NCBI GenBank assembly: GCA_033442325.1
Contig: JAWQFM010000003.1
Coordinates: 2,535,970 to 2,599,969 of the forward strand
Length of the DNA stretch: 64,000 nucleotides
Origin: Salpingoeca rosetta
Taxonomy: Eukaryota > Protista > Choanoflagellata
Reading direction: 5' to 3'
The notes below the pieces were generated by a model that saw only the letters and a program-made list of their open reading frames with translations, was not told the DNA's origin and ran no database searches. Positions 28,184 to 44,786 of the stretch are shown piece after piece. The first letter of the stretch is position 1; each line of letters begins with the position of its first letter. The translations under genes were made by a program, and so were the position numbers.

Positions 28184-28681
28184 CTGGTGTACCTTTGGAA
28201 TGCCTGCAAGGAAGACGGAGTGGAACTGACGGGCGATGGCAAGATAGTCGGCTGGGCCGAGCGCAGAGCCGCACAGATAGGAAAAGTCAAAGTAGGCGTG
28301 GCCCTCACGCGTGCTGTGGGGAATGCTCACGTTGCGCCCAAACACATGCACAGACGCAGGCCGCACACGCTGTGCGTGTGTGTGTGTGTGTGTGTGAGTG
28401 AGAGGCAGTGAGACCATGGTCGTGATGTGTGCTTTGAATATGCACACAGGTGGCAAGGTGTTTACCGCAACATGTGTAACTCATGAGGCATGCACGCAAA
28501 AGCACGCAACAGCAAACCTTGTCCTCGGTGAGTGTCTCCCATGTTTCCTGCAGAATGTCTGTTGCGTCGTCGCCAACGAAGATGGGGTCCGCAAACATGC
28601 CTGCGCGGCCAAAGATGTGTGGGAGGGGGGCGTGTTGGTGAGCAAAACGACCACATGTCAAATGCGCACTCGATGCGCAAG

Positions 28682-28750
<69 letters not shown>

Positions 28751-29863
28751 GCGGCTGCCTCAATCTCAACACCAACCAACCAACCAAACAAACAAACAAA
28801 CAAACAAACAAACTTGCACAGCGGGGGACCTTGGTGGTCGGCGGCCTCTGGCATGAGCTCGCGATAGTCAACATCCGAGTCGACGCGAAACACGGAGCAA
28901 TTCTCCTCCACCACGCGCACAAACGGCTCAAAGAGCGCCTCCTTGAAGTGGCCCTGGTACAGGTCGCACGGCGGGCGGTTGCTGGTGGCGACAACAACAA
29001 CGCCATAGTCGTGCAGGTGTGTGAAGAGGCGATAGAGAATGCCAGCGGTGCCGACGTCTGGGATTTGCATCTCGTCAAAGCACAGCACGCGCGCCTGTGG
29101 GTGGCGGATGTGGTGAGGTGGGAAGTGGGACACGTGAGGGCGTGATGGTGGTGAGACGGCGAAGGCAATAATAGGTGGTTGCAGTGGCTGAGTGCTTTAC
29201 ACCTGACTACCAATGCCCAGAACCCAAAGCATGAACAAACCCACAAATGCGTCACACACACCACAACATACGACACACACACACACGGCACACACCACAC
29301 ACACACCACACACACACACCACACACACATGCACACACATACACATGCATACACATACACACACATGCGCACACATACACATGCATACACATACACACAC
29401 ATGCGCACACATACACATGCATACACATACACACACATGCGCACACAACACACAACACACGACACACACACACACGGCACACACCGCATACACGCACGCA
29501 CGCACGCGCGGAAAGCGAACCTGTCGAGCGATGTTCTTGGCCACGAGATGGGTCATGTTGTGGTCGTACTTCGCCCTGTGCTCTTCATCACAGAGGAAGG
29601 AGAGGCGGTGAAGGTGCTGCAGGGTGTCGCGCATGAAGCTGTGAAAGTGAATACGAAGCTTCTGCTTCACAGGCAACGTGTCGTAGAAGAGGTCCATCAG
29701 CATGCTCTTGCCGCAGCCAACGCTTCCCCTGCACATGATGGTGTGCGGGGTTGCGGTCAGTTGTGGTGAGTTGCGGTGAGTTGTGGTGAGTTGTGGTGAG
29801 TTGTGGTGAGTTGTGGTGAGTTGAACGCCACGACAGAAGGCACAGCGGCGGAGCTGGGCAAGG

Positions 29864-29908
<45 letters not shown>

Positions 29909-30512
29909 ACACACAAAGACACACACACACAAAGACACACACACACAGACACACACACATACACACAGACACACACACACACATACACACAGATACAGAC
30001 ACACACCATAGATAGACGCCACGAGGGGCGGTTGTCAGCTGCGGCAAGTCGACATTGTCCAGGTCCTCCTCAAGCACTTTCGTGTCGACCTTCAACTCCT
30101 TTGCCATCATCATGGAGCGCGAGCCAGTGTGAGCAGGCGCGGTTGTTATACATGGTGAATCGAGGCAAAGACAACAGACAGCAACGAAGCAAGACACCGG
30201 CCGGGAAAGAGGGTGCACAATACAGCGGAGAGGCTGGGCGAGAGGGTGTTTGAGCACCATGGTGGGGGCTTGCTGGCGCGCGTCGTAGCTAACCTGTGCG
30301 TGTCGCTCAAATGCCTTGTCATCCTCCGTGAAGCCATACAGCTTTCGTTGCGTGTCCTCATGTTCCCGCACAGCTTCCTTGATGCGCTCTTGCTTAATCT
30401 GCTTGTAGCGGTGGACGACGTGCTCGTCGTGTGCTTGTACCGGCGACGGGTCAAATGCGCACAGCTCGCTGTGCAGCTTGTCCAACAGCACCAGCGCCTC
30501 CAACTGTGTGTA

Positions 30513-30572
<60 letters not shown>

Positions 30573-30688
30573 CGTGCGTGTGTGTGTGCATGCATTTGGG
30601 TGAGACGAGGTGTGTTTCCATTCACAAGGAAGTGACCTGAAGTGTGTGGCGCACCACTCCAGCGTGGGCCCAAGATGCCGCCCCCCCC

Positions 30689-30757
<69 letters not shown>

Positions 30758-31020
30758 GCACACACAGACGCACACACAAACACACACAAACACACCTGAG
30801 CAGGGTCCATGGTGATGTCGCCTGCTGTTGTGGCACGCATGTATGCTTGCGACGGAAGCTGCCGCTGACCTGCTTGCGTATGCGCGGCAGCAACACGACC
30901 CACTCCACTGAAGGCCACACGCGCTACACCCGTTGCCACCCGCCATGCTCCACCGCCACCACCACCACCACCACCACAAGCAGCATGCCTCGCCACAGCA
31001 CGCCAACACATGCACGCCAT
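26357..31020 (-). CDS. AFG1L: AFG1-family mitochondrial AAA ATPase (AFG1L/LACE1/ZapE family), about 12 exons
   Basis: PRGVYLW|GSVGCGKSMLMDLFY (Walker A), RIHFHSFM, VLCFDEMQIPD (Walker B), GVVVVATSNRPP.DLY, DSDVDYR, LGPADYLAIA, NEARRFITLIDALYE and GEEELFASKRCISRLNEM. The Arg/Ala-rich N-terminus looks like a presequence. The last exon (WWESLLGRKRKGR) is inferred. Confidence 0.92.
29757..29823. repeat. 10-bp tandem repeat (gttgtggtga)n, intronic
   Basis: About 6 copies seen directly. Confidence 0.9.
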
Positions 31021-31078
31021 TGCTGTTGTGTTGCGTCCACTTCCGAAACAACGTCATTGATGACTCAGCACACGAAGC

Positions 31079-31964
31079 ATGACCGATGATGGCAGCTGCT
31101 GTGATGGGTGGTGGTGTGGTGGTGCTCGTGTGCACGCTGGTGCTCGTGTGAACGCTGGTGTGCAGGTCGGTGTGAGGGAAAGACGGGTGGAGGAAGGCGG
31201 CCCTGTGGATGGCAGCTGTGGTCGCGAACGGCGCAGCAGTAGGGAGGCGGTGGAGGAAGAAGAACGGTTGCAGCTGCTGCAGAGCGTGTTGTGCGGGGAT
31301 CTTGGGCGCAACTGCATCGCCTGGCAACTCAGTCTGGCCGACCTCCATCAACTGTGTCTTGCGCTGGGCGCTCGACATGGCGGGAACACCATCGCCGGGT
31401 GGCTGACCCCGATTATGCACGCGTGGGACCTCTCGTTTGTCAACGCCCGCATGTTCAAGAGCAGGCCCTCCTTTGAACGGCTAATGCCCGGTGTTGCGTA
31501 CATGCTGCGACATGGCCGTAAGCCCGGCAATCAGCTCGCACTGGTTCTCTATGACTTTATCTGGACGGAGATTGCGGCTGGCGCCATCGCCTTTGGGCAC
31601 CCGCGCATTGCTCTGGCCTGTGTGGATGCGGACTGCTTTCCAGCGAAGCGGCTTGCGGGCTTGTACAAGCTTGCCAAGCACTGGTGCAAGGTAAGCACGC
31701 GCGTGTATGTGTGTGTTCGAGCGTTTGTGCAATAGTGTGCGTGCGCGAATGTGTGTGTGTGTGCGTGTGTATATGTGTGAGATTGATTGGAAGCAAGCCA
31801 GTACACATCTCCTTCCTCGTCCTGCCCCTGCTCCTCTTGTTCATCTTCACAGCCCCTCACGGCCCCTTCCAACCCCTGCAACGCTGCTTGCTCAGGTCCA
31901 AGGATCGACCATGCCAGAAACAAGCCAAGACATCATGAGCCGCCATATACATCCTCATGCATGA
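31079..31964 (+). CDS. Hypothetical protein with a weak F-box-like segment
   Basis: Repeat-free, coding-like ORF 31079-31690 ending at a strong donor (AAG|GTAAGC). The second exon is uncertain (stop at 31964 or 32101). No family recognised. Confidence 0.45.
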
Positions 31965-32268
31965 AGCCTTTGTTCGGCGCAGTTGTGTCATCACCATCAC
32001 CATCAACACATATGTACATACTGTGTCTGCCCATGCATGTCACTGACTACGGTATTGTGGCTCATGTATTGACGAACGTAAGAGGAGAGGAAATGCATTG
32101 ACGAGAGACAGAGCAACAGCATCAGGCAGCAAGCAACAACAAAAGGGAAGAACAGGGGAGAAAGAAGCCTGTGGCACTGAACGCTCGCATGTGTACGCGG
32201 GTGTGTGAGAGAGAGAGAGTGTGTGTGTGTGCGTGTTGGGAAGGGAGAACAAAGGGTCGCTTCGTTTG

Positions 32269-33226
32269 TTATACGTGGAACTCCGTGAGCTTGATCTTCG
32301 CCTGGTCTCGCGGGTGCACTTGCGTAATGCCCTGCCAGTGGTTGCATGCCAGCCATGAGAGAGGTGTACAGCTGTGCACGTACGCAAGCAAGCATACCCA
32401 TGACGCACCGCGACGACAACAATCATCACCACCCCCGCACGGAGACACACGCACACACACACACGCACACACACACACACACACATGCACACACATGTGC
32501 ACGCCGTATGAGACGCACAGCGCGTTGGAGCATTTCGAGGTAAGGCAGCCAGTGCTTGTCGTCATCAATGGCGATGTACGGATCGTGCGGGCTGGTCATG
32601 CACTGATTCATCAGCTCCTGCGAGGAGAGTGTGAATATGTATGTGTGCGTATGAGTGAGTGAGTGAGTGTATGCGTGCGTGCGTGAGTGAGTGAGAGAGT
32701 GCGTGCGTGAGTGTGAGTGAGTGTATGAGTGAGTGTGAGTGAGTGAGTATGTGAGTGAGTGAGCGAGTGAGTGAGTGAGTGAGTGAGTGAGTGTGAGTGA
32801 GTGAATGGGTGTGTGTGTGTGTGTGAATATTTCAATGTGATTTGCCAGACGGCATGCTTCCAAATACCCCCCCCCCCTCACATAAACACACATGTACACA
32901 TCCACCAGTACCGACCTGCAAGAGCTGCCGCAAGCTGATGAACGTGGTACCGCCGCTCGCAAGCTGCGCGTCTTCATCCTCATCCTCCTCATCATCGTCG
33001 TCGTACTGCGGGTGCCTGCCCCTCCCCCGCCTTGCACTGCCACCGCCACTTCCCCGCGTGTGTCCGCGCGTGCGATGAAAATACGACTCAATGGTCCTTG
33101 GGGCCTTTGTTCCCATCGGCCGGCCCGCCACATCGCCCGGGCGCGGCGACGGGAAGTGCTGGTCAAGGAACTCGCGCTGTGCATGCGTGTGTGTGCATGT
33201 GCGTGTGTGTGTATGTGTGTGTGTGT

Positions 33227-33261
<35 letters not shown>

Positions 33262-34019
33262 TGTGCGTGTGTGTGTGTGTGTGTGTGCATGTGCGTGTTG
33301 GGGGGAGGTGAGGCTTAAAGTGCTGTGAGCAAGCCCAACACACAGCACGCGCACGCGCACACGCACACGCACGCACATGCTCATGGCACAAAACACAGGC
33401 GAATACGCGAAAACACACTGAAGCACACTTGCTGTCTCCTTTCCCCCTCGCCACACCGTCAACGCCACGCACCATCTTGATGAGGAGCTTCTGGTTCCAT
33501 TTGCTGACGGCCTTTGCACGGTGTCTGATCTTGCGTGCAGCCTGCGATGCACGCTTCCTCCCATCGTCCCTGGTGTAACACATGTCAGTGTGTTGAGGGT
33601 AGATGAGGACAGTTGCACATGTTGGTGTTGCACAGGCATGTGCGTGTTGCAGCAGTTGAGTACTACAAACTGGTGCACAGATTGGAGCGCGCACACGCAC
33701 ACGCGTGAACCCACGCACACTCACGCGCGCAGACGCACGCACACGTACGATGATGCCTCGGCCTCCTGGGCGTCGAGTTTTGCTCGCGTGTCCACCAATC
33801 GCTTTGTGAGGCCCTCACGTAGGGCAATGTGCTCAGCCAGACACGCTTGCTGACTGTTATCACCAGTGCGCATGTGTGTGTGAAAGGCAAATGAAAGTTT
33901 GCAGGGCCGTGGACGTCGCATACACTTCCAAATGACGTTGCACACACACACACACACACGCACACACGCACACACACGCACACACACGCACACACACACA
34001 CACACACACACGCACACAC

Positions 34020-34055
<36 letters not shown>

Positions 34056-35104
34056 GCACGCACGCGCGCGCGCGTGCACCTCACCGTTTGATGGTTGCTT
34101 CAATGTCCTGGACGTCGCGCGTGACCTGAGCAATGAGAAACTGCAGCCTGCTGACGCTGGCGTCCACGCGTGCCTCGGCCTGACTGCGGATGACTTCTTC
34201 GCTCGGCTGGGGGACTGGTAAGCATCAACACACAAGCAAGGGCGAGACAGATCGTGCCAGTGGTTGGTTTGGTCAAGGGCGCATGTGTGGACAGGTTACA
34301 GCAACGTTGTGAGACACATACAAAGCAGTGACCACAACGTCCATCATCACCACCAACAACAGCCACAACACTACTTGCAGCACCTGTGAATGGGTATGTG
34401 TGCAATGCCTCGAGTTCGCTCTCCAACAGCAACACTCTACGGGCCAGGAGACGCTGTGACATCAGCACGTGCGTGCATGTGTGTGTGTGTGTGCATGCGT
34501 GCGTGCGTGTGTGCATAAGCCGTGACCAAGCAGACGGTATTGAAATGGTGAGAGGTGGGTGATAACAAGGGTGTTTGGGAAGATACAAGCAGGGCGTGTG
34601 GCTGCAATGCCTGTTCACCTTCTCCTTGACTTCCGGAGACAACGCGGCTGTGTCCTCGGTCGCTGTGTGTCGCGCATGCTCTGCTGCATCCAGCCGTAAC
34701 TGTGCATGTGTTGTGTGAGTTGTGTGTGTGTGTGTGTGTGTGGTGTGCGGCGTTGTGCGTGCGTTGTGTGCGTGCGTGTGTGCGTGTGCATGTGGTGTGT
34801 GTGCGTGCGTGCGTTGTGTGAGTGGGTGTTGGATGTACGTGCGTTGTGTGAGTGGGTGTTGGGTATCGTGTATGCATGGGTGTGTTGTGTCCATGTTGCA
34901 CGCAAGACGTCAATGAGGTGGTGCAAGGAATACCCTGTTCAGTTCCTCAGAGAGTGTGTCGCATGCTGCCTGCGCTTCCTTGTCGGCCTCTCGGTGTCGA
35001 TCTACCCGCGTGTCCATCAGCGCATCGCCCTCACCGCCTTCATCCAGCAGCACATGCTGCACTGCTGCTCTGAACAGCGCCAGGCGTGCACCACCAGCCA
35101 CCAT
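32269..35104 (-). CDS. CENPK: Centromere protein K (CCAN subunit; Mcm22/Sim4 family), multi-exon
   Basis: The spliced C-terminus [11 protein letters not shown]...FISLRQLLQ|[33 protein letters not shown]|[20 protein letters not shown] matches the CENP-K pattern FL..HFP.P...L...L..L.N.....PHDPY......WPPY.E.L.R.GI...HP.D...I.L..FH. Coiled-coil exons lie upstream; the start codon is uncertain. Confidence 0.85.
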
Positions 35105-35199
35105 CACCGCTGCAGCCAAGTCCTTCTGTTGTGCAAACCGTTTTCGCCGTTACTGTCTGTTTTGCTTCTGTTCCTCTCCACTGCTGTTTGTTGTTGGAA

Positions 35200-35262
<63 letters not shown>

Positions 35263-35310
35263 CACACACACACAGACAGACACACACACACACCAGCCAG
35301 CCAGCCAGCC

Positions 35311-35385
35311 ATGGACGCAGTGGTGCCGTCGACAGCGGTGCTGAAACGATTGCAAGCAGCGAAGGAGCACGCGGAACAGAAGCAG

Positions 35386-35417
<32 letters not shown>

Positions 35418-37250
35418 ACAACAACAACAGCAACAGAAGCAGGCACAACATAGACAGCGTGGGGCGGAAGCAGAGGAGAGAGCGCCACGCCTGTTCCCGC
35501 AGTTCTTTGCGAACGCAAAGGAAGAGAGCGTGTTCGAGGCCCTGTTCAAGAAGTGGCGGGCCACCATCGACGCGCACCCGTCATATGCGACCATCCCTCG
35601 CTTCTTCTTCGGACCGCGCACCGCCAGCTCGCAAGCCAAGCCGGTCATTCCAACAGCGAGCAGCGCCACAAGCGGCGACAGCGAGGCTCACAAGAAGGCA
35701 GCCCATAAGAAGGAGGCCCACAAGCAGAGGCACCATGATACGCAATCCAGCGGCACACCAACCGCGGGCGACGCTGCGCAGCGGCTGCTGAGGGAAACGG
35801 CACACAGCTACCAGCTCCTGACGCGCCACGACCGCAGCATCACAAACGACGAGCTGCAGTTTGTGTGGGGCGTGCTGCAAGAAGAGGCTGGCGACAAGGA
35901 AACGCTCACGTACGCGCAGTTCAAGCTGTGTGCACAGCGCGTGGAGGAGGCCACGCCAAAGTTCACCGCGTTCTTCGCGCCCAACACCTTCCTTGCGCTA
36001 TGCAAGGACCGGTACAACAGCGTCTCTATCAACCACTTCTTCGACCTGATCATGTACGTGGTCAACTGGAAGCAGCGCTACCTGGCACTGTGCCAGTACG
36101 CGGATGACTCTGGCGAGTTCATTGCCGAGGACGCGTTGAGTGACTTCATCGCCGACCAGCTTGGCGACATGCCTGCGCTCGCCAACCTGGCCGACTCCTT
36201 TGTGGAGACGTACCTTGTCTATGCCAGCCGCAAGTTCGTCTTTCTGCACGACCTCAAGAACAAGAAGGTGCTTGTCTGTATGTGTGTCTGCTGTGTGCAT
36301 GTGTCTGTATGTGTGTGCGTGCGTGTGTGTGTATGGGTGGAGGTGTGTGAATATGTGTGTATATGGGTGTGTGCGTGTGCGTGCGTGCGCGTGTGTGCAT
36401 ATGTGCGTGTGTGTGCGTGTGCATGTATGTGTGTGGATGTGTGTGGATGTGCGAGAATGTACCATGTACGGTTCGACCACAACACCGCACCCTCACGCGC
36501 TCGCACATCCCCTCCGCCACCACCACAACACCCGCAGATGCGCGTGAAGGACATTCTTGTATCTGAATCGATGGAGGAGTTCTTCGAGCTGCGCCAAGAG
36601 CCGCACACCATCCCTGCCCCGCGCCTGCAGAACAACTGGTTCAGCATCCCCACCGTCCGCGACATCCACGCAGAGTACATTCGCCTCGACGCCGACGAGG
36701 ATGGCATGCTCTCCAAGCAGGAGATGTTGAAGTTTCGCAAAGGGTCAATCAACCCGATGGTCATTTCTCGCATCTTCGATGTGTACAAGACGTATGGCGG
36801 CAAGCTGGACTTTCGCGCCTATTTGGACTTTGTACTTGCGCACTGGAGCATCCAGACACCGCAGGTTGGTTGATGTGTGTGTATGTTGGTTGCACGTCAT
36901 TGTTTGTTGTTGCACTCACGCATGGGTGTGTGTATGTGTGTGCGAATGTGCGTGCGTGCGTGCATGTGTGCATGTGTGTGTGTGTGTGTGCTTGGTGTGC
37001 GTATTTTGGTACTCCAGCAACAGTGCCCAAGTTGTTGGCAGGCAAGCACACAGACACGCAACCACATTTCAACTCCCACTCACAACCGCAACTGCTTTTA
37101 CGCGCGTGTGCGCGCGCAAACTGCAGGCCATCCGCTATTTCTTCCGCTTGTTGGACTTGGAGCACCAGCACCGCATCACCCCAGCCAACCTCTACCACTT
37201 CTTCCAGGGCATGCAGGTGTGCGCGCGCGTGTGTGCGTGTGTGTGCGTGC

Positions 37251-37284
<34 letters not shown>

Positions 37285-37989
37285 GTACGTGTGTGCGTGT
37301 GCGTGCGTGTGTGTGTGTGTGTGTGTGCGTGTGTGTGCGTGCGTGCGTGTGTGTGTGAGAGAGAGAGAGAGTGTGTGTGTGTATGTGTGTACGTTGAGGG
37401 TCATGCGCACCTTGCTCGGTTGTTGATTGCATTTGTCAATCCTGAAACACTCGGCCTTGCCTGTCTTCACGCGCCCTTCTTGTTACCACCCCCCACCCAC
37501 AAACACACACACACAGCGCCATCCTCAACTCCGGGGGTTTGAGTACGCGTCGTTTGAAGACATTCGCACAGAGATTATTGATATTGTGAGTGTTACACGC
37601 CATGTTTTGCATCTTTGTTGGTGTGCCTTCATCTGGCCTTAAGGTGTCGTTTGGAAACCGATGTGAACATGACGTACAGCTTCAGTACGCAGTCAGCCTG
37701 CTCCATGCATGCACACATCCACCCGCATACATGCACAAACACACACATGCACTCACTCGCACACGCACACACGCAAACACACACATCTACGCGCTGGCAG
37801 GTGAAGCCGAAGAATGTTTTTGGGATCACGCTTGATGAGCTGATTGCGTGCGGACGAGCGGACCACGTGCTGCTGATGCTTATTGACGCAAACTACATCT
37901 TTCACAACGAGAACCTCGAGGAACCACAGCCCACGGAGGGCGATGGCACCGAGGTGGAGGAAGACACGCCCCCTCTTGGCGAGGCGTGA
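35311..37989 (+). CDS. PPP2R3C: PP2A regulatory subunit B'' gamma (EF-hand)
   Basis: Motifs [20 protein letters not shown]...[47 protein letters not shown] (EF-hand), [33 protein letters not shown]|VKPKN...[10 protein letters not shown] and LID...IFHNEN.E. Confidence 0.88.
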
Positions 37990-38654
37990 GTTGACGCGCA
38001 CTCCCACGTGCTTGCAAGCATTTAATGAGTTATTGATGCTGCTGTTCATGTCGATTTCCGCGCTGTAACGGATGCATGTATCATATTGTGCAAAGAAGCC
38101 ACCACCTCGCTTATCGATTCCTTGTACATAACAACTGTTACACATTGGTGCCGTGTGTGTGTGTGTGTGTGTGTGTCGTAATCCCTCTGTGTCAGGATGA
38201 TTCACCCCATAAATGAATCAGCAGCAGCCACGTTTGACATGTTGTATCAGCGCGGTGTGCGCGCTGGGACGATAGTGAGAAGGAAGAGAAACTGAGCGAG
38301 CAAGATGCGCGTATGTATGACACACAGGGGAAAAAGCACGGTTGTGTGGGGTGTCAAGGGTGGTTTGCTTGCAAGCATTTTGCCATGTGGAGTGAAGGGA
38401 TGGGTTGGTGATGTGACACAGGCAAAGGGAAACGCACGAAAACGCAGCAATAACAGCCTGGTAATCATTGGTATGACCCTCGCTGCTTGGGTTGCCGTGG
38501 ATGCTGTCGTTGTTGTCGGTGGTGGTGGTGGTGGGAACTTGTGTGGTGACAGTGAGTTGCGGCGATATGAAGATCAGAGCGATTCAGGATGGTGCGATGA
38601 CGGGAGTGGTTGTCAACGATGCGTAAAAGAGGGGGGGGGGGTGCAGTGCTGCCT

Positions 38655-41742
<3,088 letters not shown>

Positions 41743-41921
41743 CGTTGTCCTCTGTGTAGTACAATTGGCATAGAAATAGTACACTACACCCCAACGTGCG
41801 TGGGAGACAAACACCAACAGTGGTTGTTTTGTGTGTTGTGCTGCGTTGTGCTGTGGTGTGCTGGGAGACTGACCTGATCCTTCGTTGCCACCAGGCCACT
41901 GCTTCGTGACCTTTGACAGTC

Positions 41922-41999
41922 ATGCTTGAGATCAGAGCATCGGCACCAGGGAAGCTCATCCTTCATGGAGAGCACGCCGTTGTCCACGGCAAAGTCAGT

Positions 42000-42093
<94 letters not shown>

Positions 42094-44786
42094 AGTGTGT
42101 GTGTGTGTGTGCGTGTGTGTGTGTGTATGTGTGTGTGCCAAGCAGACGTCACCGAACTTATGTGACAAGCTTGGAGCAAACGACTGCATTTATCTCCCCG
42201 CTTGTGCTAACGTCTTACTCGTCCCCCCACACACAACGCCCCCTGCGACTGTAGCTGGCTGTTGCTGCGAGCCTGGATCTGCGTGCGAGTCTGGTGCTCA
42301 CACTGAACGACGATGCAAAAGTCAAGCTCAGCCTGGCGGAGCTCAACATTGACATCGACTTCCCGCTGTCGGATCTGCCCCAGGTGTCAGCTGAAGGCGC
42401 TTCCAGCACACAATTGGACCAACCCCTGTACCAGGCCATCCACACCCTCGTTGCTGCCCGCGACGAGTTGAGCGAAGGATTGGAGTCGCGCAGGTTCGCG
42501 GTGGAGGCCCTCTTGTACCTGTATTGCGGCATTGTCAAGGCCACATCCACACAGGAGCAAGACGAGCAAAGCCCTTCTGGGGTGACGATCAACGTCAAGT
42601 CCGATCTTCCCATTGGCGCTGGCCTTGGATCCTCCGCTGCGTACAGCGTCTGCCTGGCGTCATCCATGCTTGCCCTCACCCGCCCCATTGACGCCGGTCC
42701 GTCGGTAGCTTGCTGCATGCTGATGCTCTCATAGACATGCATACTTTGTGTATGTGCATGTGTGTGCTTGTGTGTCAAGTTGTGTACTTATGGATACCTT
42801 GCGCTTAGCTCGCCCACGCTTGCCTTCCTACCTACCGTTGTACCAGACGCACACGCACACACGCACACTCACTCACTCACTCTCACTCTCTCGCTCTGTC
42901 GCTCTCTCTCTCTCCCTGCCGCTACCTGACCATCCATGTGCCTTTCTTTCTTGCCTGAATCCGTGCTGTATTTGCGTGCAGCCAATGCTGCGGACCTGGA
43001 CGCCATCAACGCGTGGGCGTTCCTGTCAGAGTCCATCATCCATGGCAAGCCCAGCGGTCTCGACAACACCATCAGCTGCTTTGGTGCGTGTAATTGTGTG
43101 TGTGCGCGCATGTGTGTGTGTGTGTGCGCGCGTGCGTGCGTGTGTGTGTGTGTATGTGTATGTGTGCGTGTGTGTGTTCGTGCGTGCGCGCGTGTGTGTA
43201 TGCGTGCGTGTGTGTGCGCGTGCGTGTGCTGCTTCTGATATCACGTGACAACGCGAGCTTGAAGTTCCTCTCCCCAATCGTACCATCTCACATGAGCACT
43301 GGTCGTCCTTCGTTCGCTTTCAGGCGGTGCGGTGTCGTTTGCGTCGGGCAAATTCAATCGCGTGTCCACGTACGTGTGCATGTGTACACGTGTGCATGCG
43401 TGATGTTTGTGCAACTGTGTGTGCATGCGTGATGTTTGTGCAACGCCCTCAACGCCCACATACACGTGCACGCAAGCACCTACGCGCAAGCACACACACA
43501 CACACACACATCACGCCAGCTTACACCTTCGTCGATGCATGTTGACTGTTGTGCAGGTTCCAGAGTCTTGAGGTTGTGCTGGTGGACACGGGTGTGCCGC
43601 GATCAACAAAGGCACTCGTCAGCGGCGTCAGAGAACGCAAGCACGAGGTGCACACACGCTGCGTGTGTGTATGTGTGTGATCTGAACGTTTTGCGTTGGG
43701 TATTGTACCCGTTGTGTTGAAAAGAGGAATCGTGCTTGAAGTGTGTGCGAAATGATTTTTGCTTGCTGTTCCCGGCCCTCCTCTCATCAACAAACCACCG
43801 CCCCCTCCACACACACACATGCACACACACACACACATCACACACACACACACACACAAATGCACACACACACGCACACACACACGCGCACACACACACT
43901 CTTGCAGTTTCCTGCCGTGATGGATCCACTGCTCGACTCCATGGGCCATCTTTCACAGACGTTCCTGGACATCAGCCAGCAGCTTGCAGAAACATCGGAC
44001 ACAGACCCGCTCTTCACCAAGCTGGAGGTCCGTTGCGAGCAGGGTTTAACTGGCATGGCCTGTGGTGGTGGTGGTGGTGGTGGTGGTGTTATTGCAGCTG
44101 CGGTTACTTTGTGGCTATGAGAGAGAGTGTGTGTGTGTGAGTGTGTGAGTGTGTGTGTCGTTTCCTGCACGCAGACACATGTACACGCACACGTGAAGAA
44201 GCCGTCGTTTTCCCGATCCTGATCCCCTTTCTTTGGTGTGTGTGTGTGTGTGTGTGTATGTGTGTATGTGTGTGTGTGTGTGTGTAGACGCTGATGACGA
44301 TGAACCACCACATGCTGAACGCCATTGGAGTTGGCCACCCGGCCCTTGACGACGTGAGTCAGCAGCACAGACGAGCACTGGTGCATTCGCACGTTCGCAC
44401 ATGCCAACGTCGTGTTGCAGCCTTCTCGCACACACGTGCACATACGCACACTTTTTTATCTCACTCACTAGCGCGCGCACACACACACACACGCACACAC
44501 ACATACCATCTCTGTTACTCACGCATGCACACGCACGCATCTGTCACACCCTTTCCTTTGCCCCCCCCCCTTTCAGGTCGTTCGCCTTGCCTCGTCGCTC
44601 GGGCTGGCTGCCAAACTCACGGGTGCTGGTGGTGGCGGCTGTGCATATGTTCTTCTTCGCCCGCACGCAAGCGAGGACGTGAAGGCAAAGCTGTTTGCTG
44701 CTCTGAAGGAGAAGGGGTTGCGGTATTGGACCACGTCGCTTGGTGGTGCTGGTGTTGCTGTTGAGCGCAGTGACGCCAACCAATAG
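41922..44786 (+). CDS. MVK: Mevalonate kinase (8 exons)
   Basis: [38 protein letters not shown] (GHMP motif), [40 protein letters not shown] and [13 protein letters not shown] at 44784-44786. Confidence 0.96.

Noticed and set aside
9482-37989. Apparent cluster of cell-cycle or centrosome genes (coiled coil, NEK1, DCTD-like, CENPK, PPP2R3C)
   Set aside because: They are interspersed with unrelated genes in mixed orientation, and there is no evidence for co-regulation beyond isolated motifs.
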